The notes under the pieces were generated by a model. That model saw only the letters and a list, made by a program, of their open reading frames with translations, did not search any database and was not told the DNA's origin. Position numbers and translations under genes: made by a program. A stretch of DNA of 64,000 nucleotides from Zygnema circumcarinatum SAG 698-1b (Eukaryota; Plantae; Zygnematophyceae). The DNA lies in contig CM074814.1 in assembly GCA_037447605.1 (NCBI GenBank), positions 62,001-126,000 of the forward strand, in the 5' to 3' direction. Shown piece by piece: positions 22,160-35,303 of the stretch (position 1 is the stretch's first letter; every line of letters starts with the position of its first letter).

Positions 22160-22420
22160 ACCGCCCCTCACCTCCGATGCTCTCGCCTTCCTCTCCCAAC
22201 TCCCTCTCTCTCTCTCGCTCCGTCGCTCCGTCCAGTCTCTCGCTCTCGGAAGCCTGTCTCCCCGTCGACCCTCTCCTCGCAGTTCCACTTTCCCTTCCGG
22301 TCTCGCATTTCTATTTCTCTCACCTTCGGTCGGTCTGGAGGAGCTGGGCCTGCTTCCGAGTTGCTCTTGATCAGTTGTGTCCTCTGGCAACACTTCTCAT
22401 CGCTTTCTTGGGTGGAATTC

Positions 22421-25400
22421 ATGGTATCCAAGGTGGTCCGCAAATGCCAGCTGGCGAGGAATAGAGGTGATACGAGTTCATCCCTGGTTGTGTAATCATG
22501 AAGCCCGAATACAGCAATGACAGAAAACTTGCTAGTATTGCGATCATTTCTCTGTAATTGAATGGGTTATCCTGCTTCTTTTCCTGTGTTGCACATTGTC
22601 ATCTCCCATTTTTCTCTACAGCTCAGCACAATGCAGAAGTCGAAACCAAGTTCTGATTAGCTCCCTACTAGCAATGTTGTAAATGAGAACATGGTATTCG
22701 CGTTGTGGCAGTTTGACTGACAGCTGTTTCGGGCTTATTCACTTGAGGGGAATGGATCTTCATATCCAGAGATTGACTGAGCAGTTCCATCGACGTAGGC
22801 AGGACCGAAGTGATAAAATCTCTGTTTTCTTTTTAGTCTTGGGGTTTCTTTAGCTGAAACTTTGTGGCTAAATCTGGCAGAGGCCTTGGTTTTCCCGAAA
22901 AATAGACCAGCAACTTACTTGTAATGCCCTATGTCTTGCTTCAGGTGTGGACGATGAGAGGGCCGGACGAGTGGAGGAGGAAAGTTCATCTGGAAAGTAC
23001 GCAGAAGAAGTAAAGGCTTTCACTTATAAGCAGGGGAAACTGGAGGTGAGATGGCTACACCTTCGCAATTTGCTGACGCTTGCAGGAAAAGACTTGAAGG
23101 ATTTATGCAAGCTTCTTTGCTTGCCACAGTCTGCTCTTTTATTGTTATGGCAAGAACAAAGCAAAGTTAGGGAGTAAGAGGGGAATTTCTGAAAGCTACA
23201 CTAATGTCATGATCAGGTAGTAAACCTTACTCGACTATTTCCGTTTTTCTTCTCCCCATTCTTCAGCAAACTAGCTTGAAGCGTAAAAGGATGCATGATG
23301 AAGGGCCTTCTGTACGTGGGTTATCTTTTGAGGACTCGATAGCAAGTTCTGGAGCGTCTAAAAACGTACGACAAAAGAGACTACACACTGGAGGATATTA
23401 TGACGACTTAACTTGCAGCCACTGCGGCTATGGCCATTCAGAAGAAAAGATGTTAATTTGTGACAAGTGCGATACTGGGTATCACATGTTCTGTCTGAGG
23501 CCCATCCTTGTTTCAGTGCCAGTTGGCGATTGGTTCTGCCCCCAATGTTCGACAGCTGTTAAAGTACGGGGTAAGCGCATGACCAAAACCGTACATGAAT
23601 GTGAAGAAGGCGGAAAGGGGGATGCATTTTGAAGTAGTACTTGCATAGATCGAAGTGCCTAATGAAACCTCTTTCGTCTACGGTTTATTGTAATTCCTGA
23701 CTATCCTTGCCAGCTGGGCTGTTCGGCCCAATCCTGACATGACTTGTAAAATGGCGCTCCTTTGACAAGTTGCTGCGTATGCTATAAATTGTGTTATCAC
23801 TGGTTACTTCTCTCACGGTTTGTTTTGTACTTGTCAAGAGCCTGGCCTGCCGTTACAGTGACAATGTTGTCTCTCGTTCCCTTTGCAGAATTTCCGTTGG
23901 TGCAGAAGAAAATTGTCGATTTCTTTCGTATTGAAAAGCCAGTACAGCCATACCAAGGTACACATGTCTTATCCTGCATTACTCCGCTCTCTTTCAGCAT
24001 GAGAAGTCTACCAGGCAGAACTCTTTCATCAGGCTCGTTTGTTTCGTTTTAGGAGACAGGAGGATGGCTGGTCTTCCATACTCATCCTCTTAAAGTTCTT
24101 AACACATAGAAGGAGACCTTTTCTAGACTCCATGAATTTGCATGCGAACGGGATTATTTTCTTTGCTGCAACCTCGGTATCAGACCATCTGACAACTTAG
24201 AAGAACAGCTCGCTCTTCTGTGGAGGATTTGTTCTTACTCGCTGATGCTTCCTATGCAGGCCCCAAACGACGCAGGCCATCTTTGGTTCACAAGAAATCC
24301 AGAGCTCTTTTGGCTCACCGGCCAGCGCCAGATGTCAACACCAGACTGCGCCAGATGGCATCGTTGGCTACTGCGTTGACGGCTGTCAGGGCAGAGTTCT
24401 GCAATGATCTCCGATACATGCCAGGGGGTGTGCCAAAATCAGCAAACTGCCCAGCAATGGAACTGGGCGGTGTGCAGGTGTGCTCATGTCACCGAAGTCA
24501 TTCTCGTGTAGGCGGTTCGTGTGCAGTACCAGTGTCTGAATTTCTTGTTTCAGAGCATCCCCTTCAGTTGTTCTCATGTGTCGCAGAGGGACCACATTGT
24601 CTAGCGAGACAGCAGCAAGGCTTTTTGTTCACCTGGCCCCGCTCCTCCGCCCTCCGTGTTGGCAATGCAGGTGATGGGAAAGAAGGACTTGGCCACATAC
24701 GACACCTGCAAGGCTATGTGGCAACGGGGGGAGGTGCCGCCTCTCGTGGTTTGCTATGACCCTCGCCAAGGGTGAGCTCGCACACATCACACACCTCTCT
24801 TTCTCACTCAGTTCACATAGAGTTACTGCCGACTCAAAAGATTTAGCGTATGGTCGACCCCACCAGCCATGCAGGGCATGAACACCTAATTTTCCGTGAC
24901 TTGGTGACTGCCCCCTCACTTTCTATGCGTTGTTTGCTCGCTCTCCCCTCCCACTCCTGCCCTATCTGACAACTTCTCTTCCCACTCTCTTGCAGGTTTG
25001 TGGTTGAAGCTGACGCCATGATCGCCGACTTCACAATCATCGCGGAGTATGCGGGCGAAGTTGACACGATGAGCCGGCGATACCATGACCCGTGCGATGC
25101 CATGATGGGCCTCTTGCTGACCGGCAACATGGACACCGAGCTTGTCATCTGCCCCGATCGATACGCCAACATCGCTCGCTTTCTGTCCGGGATCAACAAC
25201 TCCACAAGGTGCTCGCTCGTCCAGAACTCTCTTTTTGCACTTGCCTCTTAACTTCGCGTGGGCGCCATCTGACCTCGTTTGTGACCATCATCGGCGGCGG
25301 CGCAGAGAGGGGCGGAAGAAGATCAACACTCGCTCGGTGCGGTTTGACATCCGGGGGGAGGTCCACACGCTGCTGGTCGCCATCCGCGACATCAAAAGGG

Positions 25401-25465
25401 GCGAGCGGCTGTACTACGACTACAACGGTCTGGAGAACGAGTACCCAACGCACCACTTTGACTGA
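22421..25465 (+). CDS. ATXR5/6: ATXR5/ATXR6-type histone H3K27 monomethyltransferase (PHD finger, PIP box, SET domain); about 8 exons
   Basis: Exons ~22421-22466, 22945-23045, 23267-23570, 23889-23957, 24260-24477, 24671-24771, 24996-25208 and 25306-25465. PHD: CSHCGYGHSEEKMLICDKCDTGYHMFCLRPILVSVPVGDWFCPQC. PCNA-interacting box: QKKIVDFF. Family motif RLRQMASLATAL. SET: IIAEYAGEVD...ANIARFLSGINN...IRDIKRGERLYYDYNGLENEYPTHHF. The first exon is the least certain. Confidence 0.92.
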
Positions 25466-25912
25466 ATGGAGCGCATCAGAGTGCAATGCGGCAGCTTGGG
25501 TCTCGCCAGCCAGCAGGATGTGGCGTGTGTCTTCTAGGGGTCGTTTGGACAGCCCTCCCTGGGCAGATATTCGCGCGCAAGCAGCGAGTGCCTTGTTTGA
25601 ACCTCCTCCTGCAATTTGATACACGACCATCCTGTCATGTGGAACGGGGGCCGCGGCCGCTGTCTGCAAGGAAACATGCATCGTCGGTGGCCCTTTGACG
25701 AGCTTCAACCGCCTGTGACTGCTATTCGCCCATATCATCAGTGGGGAGGACGGATTGGAGACCAACACTCGAAGCCAAGGTCAGCAGCGGCGTGAGCGCC
25801 TCCAACCACGACTGGACAGCTCGACACATCGGAAGCCTCCTCTTGGCAAAATATTGCAATTCAGATTACAAGCAGAGCAACAGAGCTGTCCTCTCCTTAG
25901 GTTCGCTCGCGG

Positions 25913-28900
25913 TCACGAGCGTTGTCTCTTGTTCCACTCCACCGCCAGCTGAAGGAACTCAGCTTTTCGCCTCTTGTACTCCGAGTACCGCAAGAGGAAA
26001 TACTCCAAGTAGTCAAAAGCGATAGGCGAGTACTTTGCCTACACAATGCGGTGCATGTCCGATGTAAGCATGTCTGAAAGCACAAACCAAATAAGAGAAC
26101 ACTATAGAAACCGAAAACAAGGCTAAAGGGAGGAGATAGGGAGATGCCCTTCACCTGCACAAGAGCCCACACCGCCCAATAGATATGCGACGCGAGGGCA
26201 AAGCAGTTAGCTTCCACATAAAGCTCCTCCAGCTCCGTTTCAGTTGCCTGTCATCCCACAGCAAACGGCGACCCTTTCCCATCTGATTATTCTCATTTCC
26301 TCGGGCGAGCCACTTTGATGGCAGAGGCTTTTTAACGTTTCCCTATGGTGTCTACAACTCACGTGACCAAAAGGACCAGTTCAGAATGTAGTAAATGAAT
26401 GTTGTGAATGTTGTAATGCCTGGCAAGGGATTGAATCGAACCTTCTCTGGGCAATCTGGATGGAGATAGTGTCTAAAGAAGCTCAACTGAGCCTCCTTGG
26501 TAGGGTACCTGCACGCCATTTTTCACCCTAACATTGACCACTGGTTTCCTTTCACTATCTTCTGCAATTTTACCATCAACGATTCCTTTCTCGGCGCTAT
26601 CTTTCCAGAGCCACATGAGAGGTGCTCCTTGCTATTCTGAGTGTACAATATGACGGTGACACGATAGCGACGGGATGGTCGACTTCACCGCCTTGATGAT
26701 GACCGCGAGAATGATGATGAATTAATGGTGATGGTGATGGTAACTAAAAAGTCAACGAGATAGTGATGATCTTCTAAAAGTAACGCGAGAAACACTCACA
26801 AAGTATAATCGCAGTCAAAACCAGCGTACTCGTTGAAGTGGTTTCCAAGATCGTAGCCTCGAAAACCGTATGATCCATACTCAAAGTCTATTATGTACAT
26901 TTTGCCTGCAGGAAAAGGCAAACAACAATCACAAAGCAATCCTGAGCTTCAAACACATTGATACAATGAATCCCAGCTTCATTTGCACTTCCTCGCATGC
27001 GTAAAACGACCACTGATCAATGAAAGAAACAGAAGAGACAAGGCAAACTGCTCTTGTTATGTCAACCACACGCTGACATGCACAAAGGTGTTCATTACCG
27101 ACCTGTCTGTTCGTCGAACATAAAGTTCCCCGACAACAGGTCGTTATGTGCAAAAACTAAGGGAGCGTTCAGCTTGTCGCACTCTGCCTGTCCTTTCCTC
27201 GCACGTCCCAAACAAGAACCAATCAAACAATCCACATTCTCCAAATCGTCTCAACGTTTCAATTGCAGGGAACTTCACCTTGTTGGGGTAACTTTCACGC
27301 ATACTAGCCCCGCATGCTTCTAAAATTACGAGACAAGGAGACAATATGGTGATAGTTATCCAACTATACTTTACAGAGTGTGGTCCACGGTATGATTGGC
27401 TCACCTTCAGTTCTGCAATCTCTTGTTGAATCTCGTTCAAATCAATGTCCTTGAACTTTGCTTGTTTAACTGGATCAGTAAACGACAGCTGTGCAGCTGC
27501 ATTGCCAAGCACCTTACTGTTATTAGGCTGGCCTAAAGCGACTGTCCAATATGTCAGTTCCTGGAAGTTTTCAAAAACATCCACTTTTACACCAAAATTC
27601 TGAGATTGCGGTACAAAACCAAAAGTTAATTAGCAATTACTGAAGGATTTACCAATATGGAAGAAGTACAAGTTAAAACTTTGCCCACAAGCCGCAAGGT
27701 ATCATGTGCACATAAAATGAGAACTTGCAACTGCTCCTCAAAGGCAAAGGCTTGACGCATACCGAGCTCTACATACTTGTGGATTGTCGGCCAGAGTTGC
27801 TGCTCCTTTGAACCGGAAACCTCTACCGCGTGAAATTGTCGAACTGACTTGGCGATCAGCTTTGCCATCTCCGGTTTACTCATATCTATAAATGATCCCA
27901 CCAGCGTAACAAAGTAAAACGTTTGATGCTTGATAAATTTCCACGTGCAAAATCCGTTCAACCGTTTAATTCGGGGCTCCATAAAGTTAAGGAATTCATT
28001 TCTTATGCTGTTGCCTTTTAGAAAAATCCCTATGCTATGTCAGGAAAGAAAAGAGAGCAGGAATACATTTTCGGACTCTCATGAAAGTCCATTTCATTTC
28101 CTTGTGAGGACCGGAAATTAGATGAGAAGAAGCAGCGGCACCTTGAGGCTCCAAAGTGCGTGCATGTATAAAGGACTGCACCAATCCATTCTTGAAAGCT
28201 CCGATAAGCTTCGCTCCGAAACCAGCTGCTGATAAGAGCTTTATGGCCTACAGACCGACCCGCAAAACAAAACATATACGGGAGTTATAGGTGCTTGTCA
28301 TTGCTTGACCATTGACCCTTATCTCTTCTTCAAAACCGCTATTTCTTTTCCTCAAAAGGGTATGAGGAAAGAGAGAAAAAAGGATACCTGCCATTCACGT
28401 TCTCGGTCAATGACAACGTCTGTGTTGGGGCCAAAGACTCGCACTGTGACAGGTCGTCGTGCCTCCGTCTCCTCCTTGGGCTTCACTAGCAGTACTGAAA
28501 ATGCAAACTTAGTGGACCACGTAAGTGTGCCAAAATGTGCGGAACGGAGTAGAAGATCACACAAAACTTTGAGAGAAACGCAGGTCGATGTGTGATATCG
28601 ACCACAATTGAGAAATCACTACAGCATTGGACCCCTGAAAAGGAAAGGAAACATTCTACTTGAATGAAAATTTTGATAATGGCAATCATACAAAAACGTT
28701 TTCTTTCTTCAAGAAAAGAGAAGTACGCTTACAAATATTGGTGATGCCGCCTGAAATCTTGCTAACCTCCAACTGCTCCTCAGGGAGCTCCTTAAAGCCG
28801 GGAACAAGCTCCTTGCAAACAGACCTGTACATCATGAAAGAAGGATTAAGAAATTATCACCACTGCTTCCAGTCCGTTTGAACGACTTATAAAATTATTC

Positions 28901-29460
28901 AATTATCTCTGTCACAGAGGCTGCATTGCAAGTTTTAGCAGGCTATAATCAGAGCCAAGTACTCAAGCAGGAGCTCATATACTTTTCCAGCATGCATTTC
29001 TGCAACTCACCATCAGAAATGGATAGAACACCCCAATGGCACGCAGTGATAAACCATAAACTTTTAAAACGAGCAAGTTTAAAAAACAGCGAGGAAAAAC
29101 GCTTAATCTGCTCGAAGGGAGGAAAAAAAAAGAGGTAAGGCATATAAAGGTTTTCTTCATGATCGATACACAGAGGACATCGACAGTCCCTCCAAAACAG
29201 TATCAAGCACATCCATGAATAATTTGTGCAAAAACTCAGAAGTGAGATGGAAGCATTATCATACATTAAAAAAAACACAAAATCCCTGCATTACATGCTA
29301 TGTTTCATTTGAAGAAACGCTATGCAGGCCGACGCGGTGATGGCCTTGCCTACAACTCTATGTTCAAGAAGCGTCCATACTTGACTGCGTGCTGGAACTC
29401 GTCCGGCTCCGCACTCAGATCCACGAGGACGGTGGAGCGAGGGACCTCCGCCTCGCCCAT
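25913..29460 (-). CDS. Choline/ethanolamine kinase (ethanolamine kinase/CEK4-like); about 11 exons
   Basis: ATG at 29460 (MGEAEVPRSTV...). Motifs: ISGGITNIL, VTVRVFGPNTDVVIDRERE, LSAAGFGAKLIGAFKNGLVQSFIHARTL, Brenner motif VFAHNDLLSGNFM (~27110-27160), IIDFEYGSYGFRGYDLGNHFNEYAGFDCDY, FALASHIYWAVWALVQAKYSPIAFDYLEYF. Stop TGA at 25913-25915. Confidence 0.92.
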
Positions 29461-29689
29461 AGCCCGCTCCTCCCTCCCTCCTCGCCTGCCTCGCCCTCTC
29501 TCTCTCCAATCTTTCACCCTTTTTCCCCTGCTCGGAATCAGCTCAACCAGGCCCCCCCCCTCCTGCCGCTCCAACGAAGGCGGCCCGCCACGTAGTCAGT
29601 ATCAGTATCGCGCAACTGCGCGCCTGGGGCTGCGCCCACCCTGCTACATCAGATATGCGGAGTACCGATTTTGTATTTCAAATGTTACC

Positions 29690-29814
29690 CACGTGGCGCT
29701 CTCCCTCCGGCTGAGGGCCGCCACGCGTCACGTCGCGGGCTCCGAGCGGCCTTGGCGTTTTCCCTGTCGTACGGCGTCTGTTCGTACGGTCAAACGTCCG
29801 TGCATAACGTACGG
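29690..29814. promoter_or_regulatory. G-box plus triple GTACGG cluster upstream of the choline/ethanolamine kinase
   Basis: CACGTG at 29690-29695; GTACGG at 29769, 29784 and 29809. Confidence 0.5.
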
Positions 29815-32532
29815 CCTGGACTGTGTAGTTAGGACTGGGCTAAGCGCGCGCCCGCGAACACTACTCGGACATGCCAGATCGGTGGCAGCCAATGAGAGGC
29901 CGTCTCCAGCGTGGAAGTAGGGCTATGGCAGCAAAAGTTCCGGTTAAAGTGTATGCACGCTGTGGACGGATTAGCGCGAAGAGGGAGGCCGTCGGCATCA
30001 GAGCATGCGGTACTCCATTTCGTGACAACCAATTTAGCGACCAGCTGGAGGTTATCGAGAAGGGGGGGTGAACAGGCCCGCATTGTCAAAGGACTGTACT
30101 GTACTCTGCCGCTTCTAGGGGGGGGAACCTGCTGCCCTCGACAGCAGTAAATGGCCTTTTCTACACTTGGATGACGCTTATTAAGGGTTGGAATAAGAAT
30201 GAAACACCTGGGTACACAGAAAGGCACCATTGAGTTACAAAGTCTGGTAGTAAGCGTACATAATCTCAGCAACAACATTGTATAGCTTTCCTTCTATACA
30301 CTCTGAGGCCGCTGGACTTTGGCGACAACATTGTAATTGGCGAACAGTTGTATGTAGCTCAATGAGTGCAATTATGCCTTGAAACCATTGGGCTGTGGCA
30401 ACACCAATTGTTTAGGATGTAAATTTGTATTGCTTCATTATGTGCAGTAATGCTTTGAAACCTTTGGGCTGTGATAACATGGCAACAGGTGCATGACGGC
30501 TTCCATGATCATGGAAGAGATCATTTCGTAGTCCGCCAATGTTGGGCCCCGATGCGTGGTGACGCACCACTCTCTCCTTCCCCACGTGCAGTCTTGAGAC
30601 TTAGATTGGAGAACAGGAGATCTGTCAGCTGCTGCCCCGCAGGCGTCACTGCATACACCACATAACTCCATGGAGGTGGCCGCACTGCATTTTTTACCGA
30701 AGTGGCCGTTGCCACACTGCGTGCCGAGCTAGCAGCTGCCCCACTGCCCAACTTTCGTGTACCGCATGACTTTACCGAGGTGCGATCCGCCTGCGCAAAC
30801 ACGTGCCACAGGTTCACCTCTCCTCGCCTGCACAGAGCAGTACAGTGCAGTAGTGGGGGAGGAAACTCGCTACTTGGTGAATCCTTCACAATTTGAAAAC
30901 GGTTCATTCTAGGTGCCGCAATAGGGGATCATTCAAAAGATTGGATCAGAGAGTTTGGTGGCAGCTCTCTCTAGTAATCTCTCTCTCTAAAAATGGAAGG
31001 CGGAAGGCGAGGGCAGGAGGGAGGAGAGGGAAACAGGTTGGCTTCGAGGAATGGGTATGGAGACGGGTTACTTGCAATCAGACGGCATTGTGGGAGAAAG
31101 CCAACCTATTACGGCGGGAGGCCTCACACAAAGACGGGCAGTGAATCTGGGGAAAATGCTCCCGCCTATTCCTGGTCGAACCGCGGGCACTTACGTCCAT
31201 GTGCGCGCAGGCAATGGCATCCCACCGGAACATGGATCTGCATTCAACTTGAGTACCAGCTTAAGTCACGCTTTCCTCCTGTCCTGAGCAAATGCCACCG
31301 ACCTCACCAGCCAAAAGTCGGTGCTGCTGGTCTCAATGTAATCATGGCGTTATCATGCAGTTGACGAGATGGCACCCTGCAAGTCGAGACAAGCATGGTA
31401 TTAGTCATAATGACCTGCAAGGCAATCAATCAAGGAAGGCAAACCTCATGCTTTTCGGTCAGAAAGAGTTACTGCGACTACAAAGCTTACTGAAGAATCA
31501 CCTCGCAAAACTTCTCACGTAGCCGGCAGTGGAAAAACGGAAAACTAAAGATTCAACAGAGTGTGCAAAAGTAAGCTTCCATGCTCCCAGCTGACAAGCG
31601 TTTGAATTAACCGAAAATCACCAACTCTGCATAGAAAAACCATTTACATCTGCTTATCTAGGTGTCTCCCGATAAATAGTTTAACTCTGCAGATAATCTA
31701 TGAAAATATAGATATGATTTCTGTGAGTTGGTAAGCTTGTTGTTAGTATACCTGATTAGGTCGGTCAGCTTCCTGCTCTTGCCCATCCCAGTCAGTGAAA
31801 TGGGGAGGGAAATCTAGAGAGTCACAAAAAGAACCTCTTCGAGGAGGGTCAGAGATCCAAGTTAGCTGCAGTGCACATTGACAGGAAACCAGCTCCAGAA
31901 GCACTCACTGCATCAGACATATCTTCCAAACTCAGTTTCAAAATTCAAACAGTGGGCAAAGTGAGCGTATGAACAGAGTGCACATCAGAGAATAGAGTCC
32001 GAGACCTACAAAACGGCAGCACTGACTAGAAGGACCTCCGGCCTTTATAAGAGCCTAAGTCAGTTTAAGCCTGGTCAAGTCTTGTTCGTCCATTGTCATT
32101 TGCATAGAGTCAACATTTTGTGCATGTAACATCCAACATCTACAACAGCTTTGCCTCTAAAAATAGCTAAGTCAAACCAGGTTGGTTATGCCACTCGACT
32201 GCTCCTGATAACTCTCCTTGTTAGGTGTCAAAAGTTGATCTTCCCCATAGTGGCCATGTGAAATTGTCAAATGCTGAACCTATCCTGTAACTCTCATTTG
32301 CTTCCTGTCAGTGACCCGCCTCGCAATTCGTATGGAAATGTTTTCCGTCTCTCTTACAAGGGGAACAACATGCCTGATGCTGCTTCCTCCACGCTTGAGC
32401 TATGCAGAGCGGCGGGGCTCCCTCTGAAGGGTTAACCATTGTGGCCACCCAGTCGCTGCACTTGGCGGGCCCTCGCACAGCGAGTTGGTCAGATGGAAAG
32501 AGGGCAAGTTCCTTTCCGCACAAACTCAAGCC

Positions 32533-34752
32533 CTAGCGTCTTGTCTTTGCTCTTTTCATTCCGGGGCTTCCTGGAAATGGTGAAGATCCTCTCATGAAAC
32601 TGGGGCTATCCTCACGTAAGGTGCCATTCAGCATTGCTAACTCCCTAAGCTGCTCACGTTTTACAACGTCGAAGTTTTCCTCCTGCAAAACAAATGTTCA
32701 GTATGGTGGCATGAGCATGAAACACAGATTGTGGAAAACGAAAATGTTCCAGCCGGTAAAAGAAAAGCCAACCGGCCTTTTTTACAATTGAACAAACTTC
32801 ATAACATCAAGGGAGAAAAATTAAGTTGGTGGCATACCGGCTTCAGAAGACCTTCAATAATCTCACAGGCATGATTTAGCTGGGCATCCACAACTGAGGC
32901 CGGTAGTTCCGCCTCAATTATGACGTGAAGGGATTCATTCAAGTGCTCGAAACCTGGCTTATCCCTCATTTTGTCTTCCTGACATTTAGCACAGCAACAT
33001 CATAATTGCATTTCAGCCATGATGATCAGAGTAGTCCTTGTTCAACCAACGTAAATCGCTAAGAACATAGCTAATCGCGGAAATCGCTAATCAATGAGGC
33101 TGCTGGCAATCAGAAACATCAGCATACGCCTAATCATGAAAGTAAGGACATAAGGAGTGCTCACAAATAGTAGTTCCTACCTTGCCAGTGTCTTTAATAG
33201 ATCCTCGTCCGCGAATGAGAACCCTGCAACCTGTCTGTGCTTCAACTCGCTTGAGAGAGTTTCCTCTGGGCCCCAAAATACGACCAACGAAGTTATAAGA
33301 TGGATGCGTTTCAGTGGGCACTTCCACCCGTCGAGATTTCTTCACCATAGGTCCGGCTGCCTGTTGCTGCCAATGGAACGGAAGGGCCTGTAGCGCCCCC
33401 CCTGAACCCGGGGTTCCTGGCGAGGCAAAAATTTGCTGGCTGCTCCCATTCTGTCCAGGAATCACCACAACCTGCAAACGAAAGGTGTTAAAACATTAAT
33501 TGTAATAAGTTATAAACGGTTGAATAGAGATAAACACCGGCTATATCATATTCCACCTTGTTGCATGAGATACCTTAAAAAACGGACTTCAGGGGACCTA
33601 CACAAACGCACCGAGCGCAAATGGGGATTGCTATCGCCCTGCAAAGGGTTCCATAGTGTCAAATCTGGAGGTGGTGGAGTGGCACTGATGATCCCACTTG
33701 AAGGAAGTGAGGATGAAGCTAAGTATCCATTGTTGTCTAACCCATCGTGCTCCAAAAATGAAGCATTACCTACACGGGCAGTAACACGAACGATTTCTGC
33801 ACAAACCAGAAAACAGTGCCGTTGTAGTAAGCACATATCCAAAAAGTCTGCGAGCCGCTGCACACAACAGCTTCCCAGAACCTAGAAACAAGTGATATAA
33901 CCGAAAGTCTTTTCAAAGTTCTGCCACTACTGAATACATTCCCCAAAATTTATCCATCTGCTTTGTGCGGATCCAGTAAACTTTAGGGCAAAAAACATCC
34001 AAACAACTAAGTAATCTCATCCATCCTTCAGCCTATTGCGACTCTTCAAACGACAAGTTAATTAAGAGCGGTCAATTATCTTCACGGTGAAAAAGGCACC
34101 GACCTTGATTTAGCAGACGACTGCAATTAGGCAGGACTTGCATGAAAGGGCTAAGTTTCTGACGCTCTGCGAGGAGCTCTGACAAATACCTGCGGGTATC
34201 ACAGGAGGAAATATTGACCAGCTAGTCCATAAAATATTTCATAGTTCGTTTTTTCATTTTCTCTCTCTACCTCCCACTCGCTCTCGCTAGCTCTCGCTTC
34301 TCCATCTCCCTCCCCGTTCCTCTGCTCCTCTTTAGTCCTCCCTTTCCTTTCCTCCATGCTCCCTCTACCATCTCTTCCCCCCTTACATCTCCATCCTCAG
34401 CTTCTACCAAACAAGTACTCGTATTAATTCGATCAATTCTTCAAAAGAGTACATTAACAAAAAAAAACCAATGCAGAAAAATGCTCATGCCAGCTTTGAA
34501 ACCAGGTTCAATTTTAAATATCAATTCCAAGCATTTCTCACCAATAATACTCTCATCCATTTGATACAGATGCAAATACACAACTATTAAACTGAAGTCA
34601 CGTGCTCAAACAAGACAGAATCTTTGAATCTTTGGCGCCTTCGTTTCCTTAAGAACGTACTTGTCAGGATCAGCCGAGGGTCCCGACTGCCGAATGCCCA
34701 GTTGCGGCGATGGCGGCGTGGAAGGAAAAGTTGTGATGTACCTGCTATTCAT
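32533..34752 (-). CDS. STAR-family KH-QUA2 RNA-binding protein (plant Quaking-like/SPIN1-like); about 6 coding exons
   Basis: ATG at 34752 ([21 protein letters not shown]). QUA1 region: [35 protein letters not shown]: [36 protein letters not shown] and [23 protein letters not shown]2: [22 protein letters not shown]-terminal GMKRAKTRR, then TAG at 32533-32535. Confidence 0.92.
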
Positions 34753-35303
34753 GCTTGCCAGCCAGCCAGTCCCTCAATCCCCTACTAGCAGCAGCAAAGC
34801 AAAGACGAATCCGCAGGGCGTTCAAATCGAGTTGTAACGAGGCTGAACTTTTTCCACTGTCCTCCTCCTCCTGCAGCCCCTGTTGCAGCAACACACCCTG
34901 TGCACTGCACTGTACCAGGTACTGTACTGCACTATCCAGGCCGCGCCAGGCACCTGCCAGCGAGCCGGGACCTCCTGCTGCTGCTGCTGAAGGGATATAG
35001 ATGCACATGGATGCGCCCCCAGTAAAACGTCAACTGGGACTGCGGTGAACTGTAACATGTAAACGCGTGGTTCGCGTCGGGTGGTGGGAGGTGGGAGGGC
35101 GCTTGTGTTGCATAGGCAGAGCCAACCATTGGCATTGCGCTTCGGTAGTATTTCGAAACAAGTACTTTAAGCAGCGGGCCCTTATTTTTATTTCATGTAC
35201 TAGTTTTTATTGTTTTTCCTTAGGGACCTGCCAGCGCTTGGCACGCGGCTGGCGGTGCACGGGAGTGGCGAGAATCGAGACGGAGTGGCGAGGCGGGGAA
35301 GCC

